From Cladosporium halotolerans (Eukaryota): a stretch of 64,000 nucleotides of DNA. Both the position numbers and the translations under genes were made by a program. Positions 61,016-64,000 of this stretch are shown piece by piece (the first letter of the stretch is position 1; every line of letters starts with the position of its first letter). The notes beneath the pieces are model-generated. The model saw nothing but the letters and a program-made list of their open reading frames with translations. It was not told where the DNA came from and did no database searches. The stretch spans positions 806,001 through 870,000 of the forward strand of contig NW_027191454.1 in assembly GCF_011745625.1 (NCBI RefSeq), read 5' to 3'.

Positions 61016-62591
61016 TCAAGAGACCGGCTCCTTGGGCGGCATGGCAGTGAGAAGATCGTCGTCCGTCTGCGTCTGGGCGTCCTTCATCTCGCCGTTCCTC
61101 TCCCGGATCCTGGGCATCCCGTCGCTGATCACGGACATGTCTCCGTCCTCTTTTCCTACAAAGTCAACTTTGAGTTAGTACGTGTTGAACAATCCGAGAG
61201 CAGTGCGACTAGGGGACGTACCGACTGAAGGAGTCAGGACGGAAGGATCGGGGTAGGCGTATTGTCCGTCACGGGGAAGTGATGCTTGAACGCCAGGATT
61301 GGGTGGAGGGAGTGTCGGCGTGTGAGGTTCGTCGGTCGGCCTCTTGCGACCGGCTTCACCACCTTGCATTTGAGGAGGCGTACCTTGTTGAGGTGGTTGA
61401 GGGTATACGGGCTGCCCGGGCTGCTGCTGGTAACCGGGAGGAGGCGGCGGGTATTGACCAGGCTGCTGCTGGCCTGGAGGGTAGCCATCGCGGCCTTGTT
61501 GCTGCTGCTGCTGGTTATGAGGCAGCGGCTGGCCGTAGGCGCCTTCTGAAGCGTTAGTCAAACGCTATGCTCGTTGATGTTGAGAATTAGGCGTGTCTTA
61601 CCGTAGAGCTGAGCGTTGGGCGGAGGCTGCTGGCCGCGCCAGACCGTGTGCGCAGGAACAAAGGCCTGTGTCTGGGCGGAGACGGGCGTGAAAACACATT
61701 CTTGCGAGAATCGCTGGCAGTTTGTGCAGCGTCCGTCCTCGGATTGATCAAAACCGGAGCAGCGAATCTAAAGACGCGTCAGCACAAGCTCTCGCTGGCG
61801 TGCGACGCGCGATGTTGGCTGTGTCGCGTGTCCGAGGGTGTAGGTGACGCGCGTGGCGCAGAGCGTGTCGCGTCGTCGCACCACCCCCAAGGCCACATCC
61901 ACCGAACTCACCTTTCTCCTCCTGCAGTATCGGCATGCTATAGCAGTCCTCTGGCGTGGCGCGGGCTGGGCCGGTGCGGCGTAGCCCATCGGCGGGCCGT
62001 AGCCCGGGTACATTTGCGCGGGCGGCGGTAACGAGCGGTATGGGTCCTGCATGACGGGCTACAACACGGTCAGCGAGGTGGACAGAGGGTGAGAGCTGAG
62101 CACTGCGGCACGTACTGGGTGCTGGGGCTGAGGCGGAACGGCTTGTGAGAGCGACGGGATCTGCTTCGTCGCATCAGCGTTTGCGTCGTCGGAGGCGAGC
62201 TGCGCCAGCTGCGGGTCGATCGCGCCCATGATGACGGGCTGCGGCAGCGCGGAGTGATGACGATGAGGCTCGAGGATGGGGAGGAGGAGGTGTGCAATGT
62301 TGTGGGGAAGGAGGGAAATGTTCGAGGTTACGCAGCATGCAGCTTTGGCTTGGCAAAGGCACTTACTTGATTGGGCCGGGGTGCATACTGGCCGTTCTGA
62401 GGCTGCGGAGACCAAGGCTGCTGCGGCGGCTGCTGGGGCTGCTGCTGGGGTTGCTGTTGCGGTGGTGGTTGCTGGTTCGGCGGCGCGGGCGGCGGCGCCT
62501 GGGAGGTGGGAGTCTGCTGCTGGGGTTGCGCCGGCGGGTTCGGGTTCCATTGCGGCGTGGCGGCGGGCTGCTGATAATTCATGTTGCTCAT
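61016..62591 (-). CDS. Zn(II)2Cys6 transcription factor, Pro/Gln-rich, lacking a middle homology region
   Basis: Exons 62591-62367, (62238-62116), 62058-61912, 61767-61602, ~61542-61222, 61155-61016. RQRTAIACRYCRRRK|IRCSGFDQSEDGRCTNCQRFSQEC gives CX2CX6CX10CX2CX6C. GCCGCCGCCATG start. Confidence 0.88.
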
Positions 62592-64000
62592 GGCGGCGGC
62601 GGGCGCGCTGGCGACGGCGCGGAAGGCGACGGCGAGGGCGGGCGACCAGCGAGGCGGCACAATTATCGAATGCGACGAGCTCGCAACAAATGTCAGTCAA
62701 GCGCGCAAGGGCAAGTGCATGCAGGCGTGACGGAGTGTCGAGTCGCACGAGGACGGGAGCGCGGCCGGACTGGCCCGTAAAGCAGGCGAGGCGGCGGTTT
62801 TGCGTGCAATTGCACGGCGAGACACACGAGCCGGCGGCTGGCGGCGGGCGGGCAACGTTGCGCGTGCGACCGACGGCAGTGCAGGGCGGGGAGATGAGGG
62901 CGTTGGCGGGTGGAGGAGGTGGTGGTGGGAGGCGCGTGCAATGGTGTTGTGGTATATCAGACACAGGCACACACGGCGCGGCGTCAGCAGGTGTATGTGT
63001 GCGTGCGAGCGTGGGCGAGTGCAGGCGAGCGAGTGCACGGCGAGGGCGACGGGTGCAGACTGCAGAGCGAGGCTGGCGGGCAGGCAGGCAGGCAGGCAAG
63101 CAAGCAGAATAATGGCAGAATAATGGCAGCAGGCCGATGGGCGCGGGCGGCGGCGGCTGGCGGGCCTGAGGTTGCGTCGCGGTGCCTGTCGGACGGCGGG
63201 CGGCGGGCAGTCGGGGGTCCCACGAGGTTGGTAGGCACTGTAGGGTAGACGAGCGGGAGGGCGAAGGCAGTGGGGTTGGCGTCCTTAAGGCGCGCGCGCC
63301 GCCGGCAAGAGCCAGCGCGCAGCCAAAGAGACTTTTTCGCCGGCCGACCAGTCGAGCCGACGCTGCGATCCGCTCCCTCTGACGACCGCCCACCCATGCC
63401 ACCCATGCCACCCTGGCCGTGTGGATGCGGCGATGCGGCTGTTTGCGCGAGGGAGGGAGGGAGGGCGCGTGCGCTGCCTGCGTCCGGACGGTCGATGCGG
63501 GTGGATGTGCGTCGCTGCTCGCTGTCTCGCTGGCGCGCCCTGTCTCGTCCTTCGCCTGTCTGCCCTTCTGCTGCCGCCACACTCCAATCTCCGTGCGTGT
63601 GCCGCGTGCGACGGACGGTGGATGCGTGCGTGCGAGCCAACGGACCGCACCACCACCAACACCCACCGACTGCTCTCTGGCTCGCTGGCTCGCTGGCAGC
63701 AGCAGTAGCTGCCGAGCTGCACGCTGCACGCTGCAGAGGCGCGAACGGCTCGCTGGCTGCTGGCGGCCGACCCACCCCTGCGTAGCCTTTCGCTTACACG
63801 CGTTGAAGTCCCGAGCTTCCCGCCCGGCTCTGCAAACGGGCGCCGCTGCTGGCCACTAGCCCGGACACCCGCCGCGCGACCGCCTGCCGCAGCGCTGCCT
63901 CAGCCTGCCTCGTGCCCTGCGACCTCCGGTACTGAGCCCACCGCGAGCGTGGCGAGCGCTGCGGCCGGCGCGGTGCGTGCTGCTCACTGGTCAGCGCTCG

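Noticed and set aside
62059..63729. 556-aa minus-strand ORF in frame with the optional Zn2Cys6 exon
   Set aside because: Non-ATG start and a simple-repeat-derived sequence; only its last ~40 codons look coding.

Overview
Gene-dense window from a filamentous ascomycete, most likely a Dothideomycete. This is inferred from short GT-AG introns with CTRAC/CTAAC branch sites and from protein style. I can build 22 spliced protein-coding gene models and see no tRNA, rRNA, CRISPR array or recognisable transposon. Left to right: a hemicellulose block (lactose/cellodextrin-type sugar porter, myo-inositol-type transporter, GH11 xylanase-CBM1, CE5 acetylxylan esterase); GFA/CENP-V protein; Dal5-type permease; head-to-head RPS29 and APC13; G-protein beta subunit followed by its phosducin-like chaperone; an unknown membrane protein; a secreted choice-of-anchor-B-like protein; two divergent F-box-like paralogues; DNA polymerase delta (POL3); a homeobox factor; CSN5; FMP27/Hobbit; an ABM-type protein; a Cys-repeat orphan; GPI12; a methyltransferase; RQT4/ASC-1; and a Zn2Cys6 factor. 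Best leads: (1) the head-to-head F-box-like paralogues share an unrecognised C..DAPV / HxxHRMCxVR domain; (2) an in-frame TGA in an otherwise intact xylanase; (3) recurrent C/A-rich to G/T-rich skew-flip domains that ignore gene boundaries; (4) a Gly/Gln/Asn/Trp repeat tail replacing CBM1 on the esterase; (5) loss of a CysA cysteine in Pol delta; (6) an orphan with 180-bp Cys-rich repeats; (7) G-beta/phosducin linkage. All gene models were spliced by eye and family calls come from remembered motifs, not searches. Single-base anomalies could be assembly errors.
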